Positions 12,798-28,969 of a DNA stretch of 64,000 nucleotides are shown one piece after another (within the stretch, counting starts at the first letter, position 1; each line of letters starts with the position of its first letter). Where the stretch lies: the NCBI GenBank assembly GCA_031835245.2, contig JAVKOQ020000024.1:124001-188000 (forward strand), read 5' to 3'. This DNA is from Balamuthia mandrillaris. Taxonomy: Eukaryota. The notes below the pieces were generated by a model that saw only the letters and a program-made list of their open reading frames with translations, had not been told where the DNA came from and searched no databases. The translations under genes were made by a program, and so were the position numbers.

Positions 12798-13871
12798 ATG
12801 CCAACAAAAGTGTTTGTTTTTTTGTGGCCACCAGGCGTCGAGCTGTAACGGTGATCACAACCAAACAAAAGAAGCAACGAAAAGAAAGGAGAAAGAACGC
12901 CATGCTCCAGCCAGGAAAGGAGAGGCAGGGAACTCTTTCATCCGCCCATGCCAAAAGGTATCCATGAGCAGGAGAGGAAGGGAGAGGAAGAGAGAGGAAG
13001 AGAGGGAGAGAGAGGGAGGGAGAGGGAGAGAGGGAGAGAAAGGGAGGGAGAGAGGAGAGAGGAAGGGAGAGGAAGGGAGAGGAAGAGAGGGAGAGGGAGA
13101 GGAAGAAAGAGAAGAAGAGAGAACTGAAGTTCTGTTCGGCGGTGACGTCAAGCATTGCTCGAACAGTACGGAACACCTCCGAAAACTGTTTCTGACCATA
13201 AAAAGTCTCACCGAACAGTCCGAACAGTGTCCGGTCACCCGCCGGAGGAACGGCCCTGTCACTGGATCTTACCCTCCGCAGCAACGCTCTCCATTTCACA
13301 CTCGCTCTTACTCCAGATGGACAGCGAAGGGAACTATCAATGTAGGCATCAGAAACAGCGGCACCGTGGTAGCCAAAGGTGACCCTTCTTAGCTTCATTA
13401 GCGTCTTTTTCCTTGCCTTGGTCTCGGCGGGCAATACCTATCACAAAGTGTGCACAGACGGTAAAGGACCGGCCGACGAAATGCATCACCGTTGCGCTCA
13501 ACCCTGGTCCGGCCAAGAAAGTACCTGTCATCCTCCTCCTCTTCTGCAAGGGCGCTGGCGGAAGAACTAATATATTACAACCTACGGGCAATGATAGGGG
13601 TTGCGGGGTAGTCCTTGTCGACATTCATTTGACCCGCGAAAAGTAGCGGGGGAGCGCAAGGACATTCTTTGCTGCCCTCTGTTCCCTTACCATTTCTTTT
13701 CAGCCATTGATGATAAAAATTCAAATAAAAAAACAAAGTTGCCGGTGATAAGGGTCGAACGGATGACGTGAGGGTTGCTGTAATTAAAACCTATTAGGTA
13801 GCCACACGAGGACAAAAAACAAAAATAAAGGAAAAAGAAAAAGAAAAGAGCGAGAGAGAGAGAGGGCTGAC

Positions 13872-16211
<2,340 letters not shown>

Positions 16212-16581
16212 AAAACAAAAAAACACCCCTTAAAAGAAAATTCAAATTCAGCAAGACATGAGAGAGGACATGAGCAAGGACAATAGAGAAGACAGGAGAG
16301 AGGATAAGAGCGATGTGACACGTCAGCTGATAATTAAGGTGAACACCTTAAATTGTTTTCTTGGAAATTTCGTAAAAAAGAAGCCAAAGAAAAAAAAGTC
16401 GGCAGAAAGAAAAGAAAGAAAGAAAAGAACTTTTGCATTCGATTGAGAGGGGAAAAAAAATATCCTGTTTCAAAAGGTAGTGCAGAGCAAACACGGTGGA
16501 GGGAAGAAGTCCCCTTTTTTCTTTCCTTTAGCAATATTTTGTGAATACTTGTAAATATTTTGTGGAGTGCGAAAAGGAGAA

Positions 16582-19316
16582 ATGTTAGATCGAGATGAAG
16601 AGGAGGACAATCGTTCTCATGTTGTCAAGGTTTGTTTCCCTTCCCCGCTCCCTCTTTCCTTCCTTCGTTCTTTCTTCTTCTTCACTTCTTTTTAAATATT
16701 AAACGCAACCCCTTTCAAAAAATAAGGCACGAGATGCAGTGACGGACGCCGAGGACGCGATGCTGCTGGGCAACTTTGAGGACGCCATAGGCAAGTACCG
16801 ACTGGCCGCTCAAATGTTTCTGGAGGCCTCCAAAGACTTGGAGCACGAGCACAGCGCGCAGTCGCTGGCCCTGTTGGCACAGACGCACCTGAAGAAGGCG
16901 GAGGAGATCGAGCAGTACATTGAGAGCGCCAAGGAGAGGGCCAAAGAGGAAGAAGCCGCTCCGAACCTGTTTTATGACTCATACTTGGCCGACTCTTTGC
17001 TTTCTTCGTCTTCCTCTTCTTCGGGCCGCTCTTCTTCTTCTGCTTATTCATCCTATTACTATCCTTATCATCAACAACAGCAACAACAGCGGTACCAACA
17101 CGAGCAAGCTGGTGAACGATCAGGAAGAAAAGCAAGGGAGAGCAATAGAGAAATGGAGGAGGAGGAGGAAGAAGAAGAAGAGGAAGAACATCGATTGGTT
17201 TATGCTCCTTACACTTCGACCTCAGAACTGCCTCTTTTGTTTGTTTACACGAAGCGAGGAGAGAGCGATGATGAGGAGGAGCACAAGAACGAGAACGCAG
17301 AGGAAGATGACGGTGATGGGGAGGATGAAGCAGAAGATGAAGGCGGGACTTGGCAGATGGTCATGAACGGTTTGGAACAATTGTTGGACATACTGCCAAA
17401 GCCTGTTCTCGTTCCTTTCACGCATTATTCCCAACAACAACCAACACAACAAGCAAGCGAAGAAAAGAAGGAAGAAACATCCTCTGCCACTAACAGTAAC
17501 AATGGCAACGTTAGAACTGGTTATAGCTATTATTGGCCACCACAAGATCCTTCACGCTCCGTCACGGCATCCTTCTTTATGGTCCCTTCCGCTTCTCCTG
17601 TGCTTAGGTCTGCCTCTCCTCCAGCCGCTTCGTCTTCTTCGAATGTTGTGGTTGGTGGAGGCAACAGACAACAACAGCAAAAACCTTTGGCAGTGCCCAA
17701 GCCCTCTACACCGCTGCCACCTCTCTCACCAAATGCTTCTCGGCGGGTTTCCTCTTCTAAAATCCTTGCTCAAAGGTTCTTTCTCATTGCTTTTTGCTTC
17801 TCTCTCTGTCTATCTCTTCACTATCACTTGTTTCTTTCTTTCCGAAGTTCTCTTGTGTTTCTCTTCGTCTGTCCATTGCGCCACTATTCTGAAGAATCCA
17901 AACAGCAACACACAGCAAATGTCGCAAGAGGAAATGCGGTTAGAAGTGGAGCGGCTGCGCAGACAAGTGCTAAATCTCAGCAGAGAGAATGCAGAGCTGC
18001 TAAAGACGTACGTGGAGGGCACTAACATGAAGCAGGAAAACGAGATGTTAAAAGGCAGCATCATCCGTTTCCGCAATCAAGTGCAGCAACAGGTCAAACA
18101 ACGTGTTAACGGAACGCGCAGCATCAGCCGTCCTTCAACTCCTCTCAGCAAGAGCATCACTTCAATCACAGGAAGCAGTACTTCAATTGCTTCTTCATCT
18201 TCTTCTGCTTCACCTGTGAAACAACAGCAACAACAAAATTCTTCATCCTCCACTTCGCTTTCAGCTTCTTCGTCATCGATAACGTTGAAGAAACAGCAGC
18301 TGCAAAAGAGGCTACATCAGCAGTTAGCAAAGAGCAGAAAGTTGGAGGCGGAGAACAGGGCGTTGAAAGAGCGGTTGGAACAAGAAGAGCGACAGAGGCA
18401 AGAGAGAGAAAGGGCTGCTGTAGAGGAGGAGAGGAGGAGATGGGAGCAGCAATCGGCAGAGAAAGAGAAACAGATCCAAGAGCTCCGCGGGGTGGTACAG
18501 GAACTGGTTTACAAGAACCAGAAGCAAAAGGAAATGTTGTTGAAGTACAACGAGCGGTGGAGAAGAGTGGAGGAGAAGTTGCGGCAACAGAGAGCCTCTC
18601 TGCCGTTAACAACAGGAAGTCTATCGGAAAGAAAGAAGACAACAGTGAAAGAGGAAAGAGAAGAGAAAGGAGAAACAGCATCGACAACTACGACGACGAC
18701 GATGGGACGACGGAGAAGAAGTCAAAGCATGAAGGAGTTGTCTCCATCACAGAAGCGGAGAGAAGAGCAAGAACAACAACAAAGCCGATTGATTCACGAA
18801 GAAGAAGCAAAAAGCCATCATCACAGCAGCAGGGAACGGATCAAAGTATCTGACATTCATCGCCCTGAAAAAGCCAACACTTCCCTCCATGATGAACACC
18901 GTCAGCACCGCCATCAGCATCACCGCTCTCAGCACTACCACTATTCCTCCTCCCTGCCGTCTAAAACGTCACTGTCATCGTTGGCTTCCTCCATCTCCGC
19001 TCCTGTGCTTTCCTCCCTCTCTCCCGACTTGTCCCCACCATCCTCTTCCTTGTCCACCTCTCCCTCTTCCTTCTTCTCCTCCTCTCCATTTCCTTCCATC
19101 TCTCCATCTGGTGGCGGCGGTTTCCTTCTTTCTTCTGCTGAACTCGACGAGGAACCTCCTGCTTCCTCCTCGTTGTTAATGTCTTCTGGTCGTTCTGTTA
19201 CTTCTCCTTCTTCTTCTTCTTCCTCTCCCTCCTTCTCAAATCCTATTCCAATTCCAAGAACATCTTCTTCCTCCTCCTTTTCTTCTTCTTCAAGCCGCCA
19301 AAGTAATGCTTCGTAA
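16582..19316 (+). CDS. MIT-like N-terminal domain plus coiled-coil protein (NRBF2/Atg38-like N-terminus)
   Basis: Three-helix AEDAMLLGNFEDAIGKYRLAAQMFLEA...SLALLAQTHLKKAE, a long coiled coil and a Ser-rich tail; at least two introns. Confidence 0.55.
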
Positions 19317-19368
19317 TGCCTTTGCAGGAAAAAACAACAAAAAAAAAAAAATAGAATAATAAATAACT

Positions 19369-20544
19369 TCAAAGTATCTCTTCGCTTTCTTCATCGCTGC
19401 CAAGTAACGAGCCACTAAAATGGAAGATGGTTTCCGTGTCGCTCACTCCGCTTTCGACCTCTTCTTGAACCATTGCCATCTTTGTCACTTCATTTTCGTT
19501 TTCGTTTTGCTTTCCTTTCCCTTTGTCTTCCATCACTATCTCTCCTCTCTCCTTTGCTCCGTCATCGTCTTCTTCCTCAGCTTCACTTCTTACAAGCGTA
19601 GAGCGTCTTCCGTCTTCCTCTTCTTCTGCTTCTTCTTGTTCTGGTTCTTCCTCCTCCTCCGACTCCTCTTCCTTCCGTGCTTTGTCCTCTTCGTCCTCCT
19701 CCTCATCCTCGCTTCCATTGCCTTCATCCTCGTCATAATAAGCAATCTGTTGCTGACCCGCCTCACCAGGTGAAAACCGCAAACGGGACTCATACCAAGC
19801 AATGAGCCGCTGTGGGATGAGCTGTTTGAGCACGCTGGACGCCACGAAAGACCGCCTGGTCTTGCCCCGCCACGAGACCAGAAACTTTAAGCCCTCCTCG
19901 TCCACGTCCACGCCAAAGATGGTGTCCACCTCGTCCCCATACTCAAAGCCCACCGGTTCCAAGACCTCCGCTTTCTTCCTCCGCCTTCTCTTGTTTGGCT
20001 GTGCGTTTTGTGGTTGCTGCGGCTCTTTTTGTGCTGCGCGTTTCTTCTTCCTTGTTTTGGGGGCGGTTTTGGCTTCTTGTTGCTCTTGCTGTTTTTTGAG
20101 TGCCAGTCGCTCTTGTCGTTGCTTGGCAAGCTCCCGCCGGGAGGGGGTGTTGCTTTCTTTCTTGGCTTGCTTCTCCTTCTCCCCCCACTGGCGCTCGAAT
20201 TCCTCCAGCAGCTCCTCGCAAAAGAGGTTGCTACGTTTTTCCCAGGTGTTGGCGGAGGCGGGGTAACCCTTCCATTTGATGAGGTACTCCACGCTCCGCC
20301 CTTTCTTCCGCTTGTCCACGATCCGCTCCACTTCGTAAATGTCTTCTTCCTCCTCGTCCCCCTCCCCCGCGTCCTCGCCCTCGCTACCCGATGGATTGGC
20401 CTGCACTGCGCCATCTTCTTCTACTTCATCGCGTGATTTTGGATTGGTTTGGTCCACCGCCTGATCCGTGGTTTTGCCTGCCACCACCTCTTTGCCTTTG
20501 CTTGGCTCCCGTTCTGCTTCGTAAAATTCAAACTCATCCATCAT
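19369..20544 (-). CDS. Heterochromatin protein 1-like (chromo + chromoshadow domains), intronless
   Basis: Chromodomain [10 protein letters not shown]...YLIKWKGY...NTWE, basic hinge and chromoshadow [13 protein letters not shown]...FLVSW...LIAWYESRL. Confidence 0.9.
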   Translation of the reverse strand: MMDEFEFYEAEREPSKGKEVVAGKTTDQAVDQTNPKSRDEVEEDGAVQANPSGSEGEDAGEGDEEEEDIYEVERIVDKRKKGRSVEYLIKWKGYPASANTWEKRSNLFCEELLEEFERQWGEKEKQAKKESNTPSRRELAKQRQERLALKKQQEQQEAKTAPKTRKKKRAAQKEPQQPQNAQPNKRRRRKKAEVLEPVGFEYGDEVDTIFGVDVDEEGLKFLVSWRGKTRRSFVASSVLKQLIPQRLIAWYESRLRFSPGEAGQQQIAYYDEDEGNGSEDEEEDEEDKARKEEESEEEEEPEQEEAEEEEDGRRSTLVRSEAEEEDDDGAKERGEIVMEDKGKGKQNENENEVTKMAMVQEEVESGVSDTETIFHFSGSLLGSDEESEEIL

Positions 20545-20890
20545 CAGCAGCAGCACTGCCACCACTACTCCGAAGCGGGTGTTCGCAGTGTCCTCTTGTT
20601 TGTTTTGCTTCTTCGTTGTTTATTTTTTGGCGGGAAAATTTCACGTCGTCATGAAGCACCATTTGTTTTTCTTGGAAAATTTTCACTTCTAATTTTTTGT
20701 TTGACAAGGCTGCTCCTCACGAGCTAAAAGCCTGCAGGAGGAAACTCAGTGACAAGAATGACTGCAGCGTTTCTTCTTAAAAACTGCACCATTTCTGCAT
20801 GCGTCACACGTTATGTCTGCAAAAAAAAAAAAAAAAAAACGTTCGAAACGGGAAGAAGAACCACCAGACTGACACCTGACCTCTACCGCC

Positions 20891-22060
20891 ATGCCACACC
20901 TGTTGGAGCAACGCGCCTGCCAGTGCAACAAAGCCAGACTCTGCGGTGATGCTGCTGCTGGTGCTGCGGGGGACTTTACCATCGCGGGAGGAACGCCCTC
21001 CTACGCGCCTGACCTGCGGCTGGAGCCCCAGCACACCGAGCTGCACCTCCGCTTTGACCTCGCCAGGAGGGAGTGCGAGGGGGCGGCCCTCCTGCGCGTT
21101 GGTGCCAACGACCCCACCGCACGCGCCCTCCAGCTGAACGCCATCAACTTTTTGAACGTCTCCGTGGAGGACGTCGAAGGCCACCCCTTGGACTGGAGCT
21201 ACGACGGCAAGGTCATCAGCGTGGCCTGGGAGGCCCCCTTTGGAGGGGAGGGGGAGAGTGCTGCCCGCCCAACGCGCACCCTTCGAGTAGGGTATCTGCT
21301 CCGTTCGCCCGTCTCGGGGCTGTTCTTCTCTGCGCCTGATGAAAGGCAACCTGAGCGTCCTCTTTATGCTGTCACTGACAACGAGACAGAAAGGTTTGTG
21401 CTCTCTGCTCACTTCTCTCATCTCCTTCTTCCCTCTCCCCTCTCCCATTCTCCTCTCTTGTGTTTGCTATCTTCATGCTTACCTCTCTCCTGCCTCAAAC
21501 AAAACTTTACAGAGCTAGATATTGGTTTCCATGCGTGGACTATCCCGTCGTTCGTACTTCTCTCGACATTCACCTCACCTCGGAAGCTCACCACGACCTG
21601 TTTGCCAATGGACTTTTAGTGTCCGAGAAAGTGGACGAGGCAAGCAAGAAGAAGACTGCTCATTGGCGATTGGAGCAGCCTTGCCCTTCTTATCTGGCGT
21701 GTGTTTGTGTTGGAGAGGTACACTTCTTTTTTTTCTTACCTATCTTTCTTTATTCCCTTGTTTGTTGTTCCGTTAGCTAAACTAAAACAAACCACAAATG
21801 GAAATGAATGCAGTTTGTGGTGGTGAAAGACGGAGACGTTAATGGCATTGAGATAGCATACATTGGCGTTAAGGGCGTCAAAGAAGAAGACCTGAGAAGA
21901 TCGTTTGGCAAGACTCCTCAAATGATGCGTTGGTTGACCTCAAAGTTGGAGCTGGACTTCCCTTTCCCTAAATACTATCAATTCATCTGTCCGATCAAAG
22001 GCGGCGCTATGGAAAACATTACGTATGATTGCTCTAGTCTTCCTTTCTGTTTCATTGCTC

Positions 22061-22097
<37 letters not shown>

Positions 22098-22288
22098 GTT
22101 TGGTTGTTACTTATAGTAGCCGATTCATTTTTCAGCTTGACAACTTGGGGAGACGTATTCTTGGTAGATGAAGGCCTTTCTGAGGAATGGCAATATGTAG
22201 TGGATAGTATTAACATTCACGAGATGAGCCATAGCTTTTTCGGAGATGCTCTTGTCATTCGTCACTTTGAACATGCTTGGTTGAAGGT

Positions 22289-22330
<42 letters not shown>

Positions 22331-24130
22331 TTCTCTCTCTTCCCTGTGGCCAACCGTTACGGTTCACGTTTGCCATTTATATTAACTCACTTTTTGCAGG
22401 AATCATGGGCCACTTACTTTGAATCTCTCTGGTTCCAAGAGAATTCCCCTTCGTCTACTTCCACTTCCTCTCCTCTTCTGCCCATGGAATTTCAATGGGA
22501 AATGTTTCAAAACGCAGAGCAATACATGCGTGAATGCAACGAGCAGTATGTGCGTCCCATTGTTACCAACACATACGACTCTTCATGGAACCTCTTCGAC
22601 GCTCACACTTACCCCGGCGGTTGTTGGCGGCTTCATATGTTGCGTCACCTCATGGGAGACGCTTCCTTTTGGGGCGGCGTTCGAGCTTATCTCCGCGACA
22701 ACCTCTACTCCGTTGTGGAGACGACCACTCACTTCAAGGCTGCGTTGGAGAGGAAGCTCTTCTCTGGAGGAAAGAACCTGACCCGTTTCTTCGATCAATG
22801 GATCACCAACGGCCGAGGTTATCCTCAACTCACTGGAGAGTTTCGTTACGACCTCGCCACAAAGCAGCTGTTCATCAGCTTTGCTCAAACTCAGAAAGAC
22901 GAGAGCAAGAAGATTGGACTGTTCGACTTTGAGTTGGAGGTAGAAGTGGTGGAATCCAACTCTGGAAAGACTCATCTCTTGAAAGTTGACATCGCCTCTG
23001 GTCGTTCCCAAAACTTTGTGTCACTTCAACTCGAGAACAAGCCCAGCATTGTTCGCTTCGATCCACAAATGAAGGTCCTGTTCTCTCTGCAAGCCATGAA
23101 CGGACTAGGAGAAGACATTCTCGGCAACACCTTTCTTCATCCAGAGACAAACCTTGGGAATCAGCTTTGGACGGCCAACGAGCTCATCAAACGTGGCAAC
23201 AAAGCTTGCTTTGAACTACTCCATCGTTCCGGATTGTTTTCAGCTTCCTCTTCTCATTTCTACGGAGTGAGAGTACAAGTGGCAAAGTATTTGGCAGCAA
23301 AGAATAGCGAAGATAGCATCGAGGCTTTGGCGGCTTTGCTGCGCAATGAAAGCGATCCGAGAGCCTTTGCCGGTCTCTTCCTCGCTGTTGTTCATCACAA
23401 CCTTAGAGATGAACGCATCCGTCAAAGCATTCTGTCCTTCTTGTCCGAAGAAGGGGAGAAGAAGAAAGATACTCATCACTTCAAACGCGGAAGATGGGCG
23501 GCATTGCAAGCTCTCGGCGTACAAGGAAAGAGCGAGGACTTTGCCCTATTGTTGGAGGACAGCTTCTATCCACAACAACAGCAGCAGCACCCCCACCTAC
23601 GGCCATATGACTCGTTCATTCGCATCGGAGCGTTGCGCGGTTTGGCCAAACTCGCCGCCTCCACAGCCTCGGATGAAAAGACAAAGCAGCAAGTCCTGGA
23701 GGCTCTCTCTCAGCGCATCGGCGCCAGTAATCCCGACGACACCCGCCCAGCCGCCATCGAGGCATTCGCTCAAGCGGCCGCATCTCAAGCATCGCAACAA
23801 GAGGAGAAGAAGCGAATGGCCGTCGAGCAGTTGATCGCTCTGTTGAGGGACCCGCTGCTGAGGGTGAGAAAAGCCGCTGTCACGGGGTTAGTGGTGTTGA
23901 AGGCTGGCCCAGGAAGAGCGGCGGAGGCTGTGAGCGCTGTGGCCAGTGAGATTGCGGAACAGGATTTGCCATGGTTGGAAAGGCAGGTGAAAAGTTTGAG
24001 AGCTTCTTCTTCAGGCGGCGGAGAGGAGGTGAAGGATTTGAGGAAGCAAGTGGAAGAGTTGCAGGCCAGGTTGAGAAAGTTGGAGGGCAAAGTGGAGGCG
24101 AGCGAGGAGGAAAAACAGAAAAGCAAGTAA
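20891..24130 (+). CDS. M1 family zinc aminopeptidase with C-terminal HEAT repeats and coiled coil, multi-exon
   Basis: ARYWFPCVD, GGAMEN, HEMSH followed after an intron by the WLKESWATY third zinc ligand, catalytic Tyr in HTYPGG, HEAT-like helices. Confidence 0.92.
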
Positions 24131-24239
24131 GCAAGAGAAAGAAGACTCCCGGAAGCCGCTTTGGTTGTTGTAAATGGGAATACTCACCCACAGCTCAAAG
24201 CGTTATCACTATTTTTGGGATTTTTTGTAGTGAAAGGCC

Positions 24240-24405
24240 AGGAAGACAAAGACAACGGTCCGTTTCAACGCCATCCACGACAAGGGGTGTCTCCCTCGCT
24301 TCTTTCGTTGTTGCTTTTCTCTTTGCTGCAAGGCAAGCTCTTTACAAAGCCGTTTCGCGGCTCCCATTCGCTGTTCTTCCTCTGGGCTAGCGAAGGGATC
24401 CATTC
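24240..24405 (-). pseudogene. Truncated duplicate fragment of the membrane-protein gene at 40612
   Basis: DPFASPEEEQRM...ELALQQREK...GRHPLSWMALKRTVVFVFLAF matches the N-terminus of the 40612 ORF, then stops shortly after. Confidence 0.65.
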
Positions 24406-25075
24406 CGTGTTTATGTGCTTGGTGAGCGGTCGGTCGCAGCGAGCTCCGTTTGATGAGAAAGAACGAGAGAACAACGGCATTCTTATCCACAAGATGCCGA
24501 TGCTTGCCGACTGTGGGGACATGACGACATGGTGATTTCACACGTCTCTCCTCTCCCCTGAGGTGCTCTCTCAGGTCCTTGCTCCTATCCATGCTTCATG
24601 ACGACATGGTAAATTTTATATGATCGTAAAGTTTATCAGAGAGAGACAGAGCTCCATCCTTCGCAGCCCTTCCTTGGGGAGGGCCGGCATCAGAACCATA
24701 CCCTTCCTATGCCCCAAAGAGCACTTGTTGGTGGCAGCCCGAAGGCCAACCGGCCAGGGTTCGCATGACAGGTAGGCGAATAATAATTCCACGTGGGCCA
24801 CGTCACGCGTCATGAAATATGGATATGAGCCAGGACGAGAGAGAGCTTCCCACGGGGAGAGGAGAGAGACAGAAAAGAAAGGAAAGAAAAAGAGAGAAAG
24901 AAAACGACAACAATAAAAAGGAACAAAAAATAAAGGAAATCTCAAGAGTCCTCTCTGTAAAGCCCTCTTTTTTCTGCTTCTTTTTTTCTCTCCAACAGCT
25001 CCAGCCCTCTTTCCTTTTCTTTCCTTTCTATTTTTGTTTTTTTTTTCTTACCCCTTTTTTTTTTTTGGATTGGTT

Positions 25076-27172
25076 ATGCTGTCGGACGGAGACTCCCCAG
25101 AAGAGACTTCCAAGCTGATGAGCGGCCTGCGGCCTCACCCCCACTACTACTCCTCCTCCTCCTCTTCGGAGGGGGGCGGCAGCAACACCGCCTCCTCCTC
25201 CACCTCTCCCATGGCGGAGACGCACCTGGCTGGTGGGGGCAGCGTCTCCCCCGCCTCCTTCTCCCCACTCTCCGCCAACCTCTACGAAGGCCTGCAGACC
25301 TTTTCCCAACGACAACAGCAACAGCAACAACAACAACGGAGGGACAGGGCCAGCCCTTCCTCTCCTCTCCGACGGCAAGGCCAAGAAGACGACCGAGATG
25401 ACGCAGAATCGGACGTGACCCTTGATGAAACCTCTGACAGCGCCAAGGAGGAGGAGTACGAGGAAGAGGAGGTGGAGGAGGACGATGAAACAGAGCCGAA
25501 GCGCTCTTCCTCTGCTGCACGTCGGCAAAAACGACAACAACAACCACAAAGAGAGCAATCCATAAAGTCGCCCTCCGCCACGGAAGAGGACGACCTCATC
25601 TACGAAGCAGAGAACGAGCCGTCCAACAATGACTGGAGCGGCAACAAGGGACAAGGCGGAGGGAGGGAGGCCACCTACGCGGGCGGCCACATGGAGGAGG
25701 CCCTCCCCTCCAACGTCTTCCTCCGCGCCCTGCACCGGCTCTTCCAGCGGATCGACGCGGCCTTCTCTCTCATCGTGCCCTCCGGCGGGGTGCTGGCCTC
25801 CATTTTCGTGCTGCTCAGCGCCACGCTGGGGGCGGGCTCCCTGGCCCTGCCCTACGCCGTGCGGGAGTGCGGCCTCGCCCTGGCCCTCTTTCTGCTCCTC
25901 CTGGGCAGCTCGGCGGCCTTCTACAGCATCCACCTGCTGACCTGGACCAGCAGGCTGACCGGCCGGCAGACCTACGAGGAGCTGGTGGAGCATGTCTTTG
26001 GGCGGAAGGTGGAGGTGCTGTTGGAGCTGTCGATCATTGTGTTTGGGTGGGGCAGCACGGTGGCCTACATGGTGGCCATTGGGGACACGCTGCCTCCGCT
26101 GGTGGAGCTGTTGGGCGTGCCGGGGCACCTGTTTATAGCGAAGCGGTGGTTCCTGTTAATCTTCACCACGGTCGTGGTGGTCTTCCCGCTGTGCCTGATG
26201 AACAAGCTGGACTCCCTGAGGTTCACGTCGTTCCTGGGATTCCTGGCCACTTGTTACCTTATCCTCACCATCATGGGACTTTGTATTCGTGACATGGCCA
26301 TGGATGGTTTGTTTCTGCTTCGTTCTTCGTTCTACTTCTTAGATCTTCTTCTGCTTCTTCTTCTTCTTTTTCTTCCTCTTCTTCCTCTTGTTCTTCTTCT
26401 TCTTCTTCTTGTTCTTCTTGTTCTTCTTCTTCTTCTTCTCCTTCTCCTTCTTTTCTTCTTTTCTTCATCTTCTTGTTCTTCTTCTTTTCTTCTTCTGTTC
26501 TTCTTCTTCCTCTTCTTCTTCTTCCTCTTCTTCCTCTTGTGCACTGTATCACTCTCTTATATTGTTTTGCTCGACAACAGGCCTTGCCACAGAAGAAGTG
26601 GAGTATGCCAATGCCAACCAACGTCTATTCGTTGGCCTGCCCATCATCTTCTATGCCTTTTCCTCTCACATCAACATCTTCTCCATCTCCCAAGAGCTGC
26701 ATGAACCCACACAACGACGGCTGGACCTCGTGGCATTGGGCACCGCCCTCCTCGCGCTTATCGTCTACACCATCATTGGTGTGTTTGGCTATCTCTCTTT
26801 CTTGGGGGATACCGAGGACAACATTTTGAAGAACTATGACGTGGACAATAAGCCCATTCAAATCGGAGCGATGGCGTTGACCATCTCCATTGTGTTTTAT
26901 ATTCCATTGAACACGCATCCTTGTAGGATTACTGTGGATTGGATGTTGTTTCGTAACCAAAGCAAGGTTCTTTCTCTTTTCTCTTTGTTGCCTTTGTTCG
27001 TTGTTCTTTTGTTGTTTTTTTAAAACTGATATGTATTCAAATCTTTTTGCATACATAGTTTCCTCAACGGCTTAGATATTTAATTGAGACTATTGTTCTC
27101 GTTTTTCTCGCACTCGTTCTTGCTATTGCTGTACCTAGCATTGTCGTTGTATGTATTTGCTTCTTTTCCTTG

Positions 27173-27217
<45 letters not shown>

Positions 27218-27449
27218 TTAACTAACAGAAAACAAAAAGGTATTTGGGCTATTGGGAGCAACAGCAACGGCGATGTGTTGTTATATAATGCCGCCTGCGC
27301 TTCACTTGAAAATAGGAGTAGAGCGGTGGTACCATCCACGAGCTTGGCTCTCATGGTTGCTTGTCATCGGAGGCTCTATCACCGCCATCGCCAGTACAGT
27401 CATTCTATCCATCGATCTCGTCAATACTGTTAAAGAACACTTTGAATGA
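25076..27449 (+). CDS. Amino acid transporter (Aa_trans / SLC38-AVT family), multi-exon
   Basis: ATLGAGSLALPYA, TYEELVEHVFG, LRFTSFLG, FYAFSSHINIF and GVFGYLSF; many TM helices after a disordered N-terminus. Confidence 0.92.
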
Positions 27450-27565
27450 ACGGAGAGTACAAGGTGCATACAATGAAGCTGGGTTATATTTAATTTTTGC
27501 CACATAACGCTCTCTTCTCTCTCTCTCTCTCTCTCTCTTTCTCATTGTCCAGTGAAGCATCCGTT

Positions 27566-28969
27566 TTACAGCTCCATTCTTTTCTTAAAGTTGTTGTTAT
27601 GACCCTCTTTCTCCTCTGTTTCCATCATCATTTTCTTGCCAACACTCCTCCACACCGCTCCCATGATGTCAATAGCTTCTGCTCTTATCTTGGCTTCTTT
27701 CTTCGTGCCGCCACCCTGAAGAACGCAGCGACGAACGACTCCTCTAACAGTGGCCTCTATCTCCAGCTGGCCTAATTTCCACAAGGTATTGGTGCCCTTC
27801 TCCATCATCATCTTCTCCACCTCCAACTGCATAACCTGCATCTCATCAGCGTTTCTGATATGCAGCGCCTTGGCCCCGAACTCTCGCTCGATCTTCTCCA
27901 CTTCTCTCTGCAGTTCCACAGCGGCCATCGTGAGGTTGGCCACTTCCTTAATGGTGTGGGCCGTCTCTCTTAATCCTTGAAAGAGGGACTCCATGCCGAG
28001 GAAACGACCCATGTGCTTCTTTGCCTCTTGGCGATAGACGTATCCCACAATGAGGAGCAAAGAGGGACCGCCCGGGGCTTCCTTCTTCTTGCTGGCTTCG
28101 AGCTCTCGCTCCACCCGCTCTTTCCAGGTTTGTTTGGCAGCTCTTTTATCTCTGGAGGTTTGTTGGATGTAGAACTGGATCTTTTCGGAGAGTATTTGGG
28201 CCAGTTTCTAGCGAGGATAGAGAAGAGAGAGAAAAGAGAGAGGAGAGAAGAGAGAAGAGAGAGAGAGAGAGAGTGAGAGAAGATAGAAAGATTAGCAACA
28301 AGAGTGAGAAAGAGAAAGAGAGAGAGAGAAGATACCTCTTCCTTTTCTTGTTGAAACTTTTTAATGAAGGACACCCTTTCGTTCTCAGGTTTAGCAAGGA
28401 AGGCAGGATCTTCCATGATGCCAAAGGACAGCTCGCCAAACGTATCATCAAAGAGGCCATTGCCGAACAAAGGCTTGAGGACGGCAGATAGAGGCACATG
28501 AGTGATCCCGCTTGCCTCCATTCCTGCCGTTCCGTACCTATGCACACACACAAAAAAGCAAGAGGGAGCAACGTGAACCGATGAAGAGGGCAAAGATTGA
28601 GAAGAGAAGGAAGACGAAGAGGAAGGAAGAAAACAGAGAGGAGAAGAGGACAAAACAGAAGAAGACGATCGCAAGAGAGCATGAAGAGGAACACAACGAT
28701 ACGTACTTGTCGTAGTGCGCACGCTTGTCAGGGTCGATGAGTACCTCATAGGCCACGCTGACCTGTTTGAACTTGGCCTCGGCGGTGGGGTCATCCGGGT
28801 TCCTGTCCGGGTGGTACCTCCTGGCCAAGCGGTAGTAGGACTTTTTGATCTCCGCCGCCGAGGCGCCCTGGCTCACCTCCAGCGTTTCATAGTAGCTGCT
28901 GCTGCTTTCGGTTGTGAAGGCGGTGGAAGGGTGGCTTGTTGTTCCTGGAGCTTCGTTGGGATCTTGCAT
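27566..28969 (-). CDS. DnaJ protein with C-terminal DnaJ-X domain (CAJ1/ATJ10-like), multi-exon
   Basis: J domain YYETLEV...[18 protein letters not shown]...[51 protein letters not shown]. Confidence 0.88.

Noticed and set aside
24520..24610. 14-bp direct repeat CATGACGACATGGT with a 63-nt spacer as a mini-CRISPR
   Set aside because: Only two short units, eukaryotic context and no cas genes; explained as two copies of the promoter motif.
25028..26128. 366-aa minus-strand ORF
   Set aside because: Antisense shadow of the GC-rich amino-acid transporter exon.
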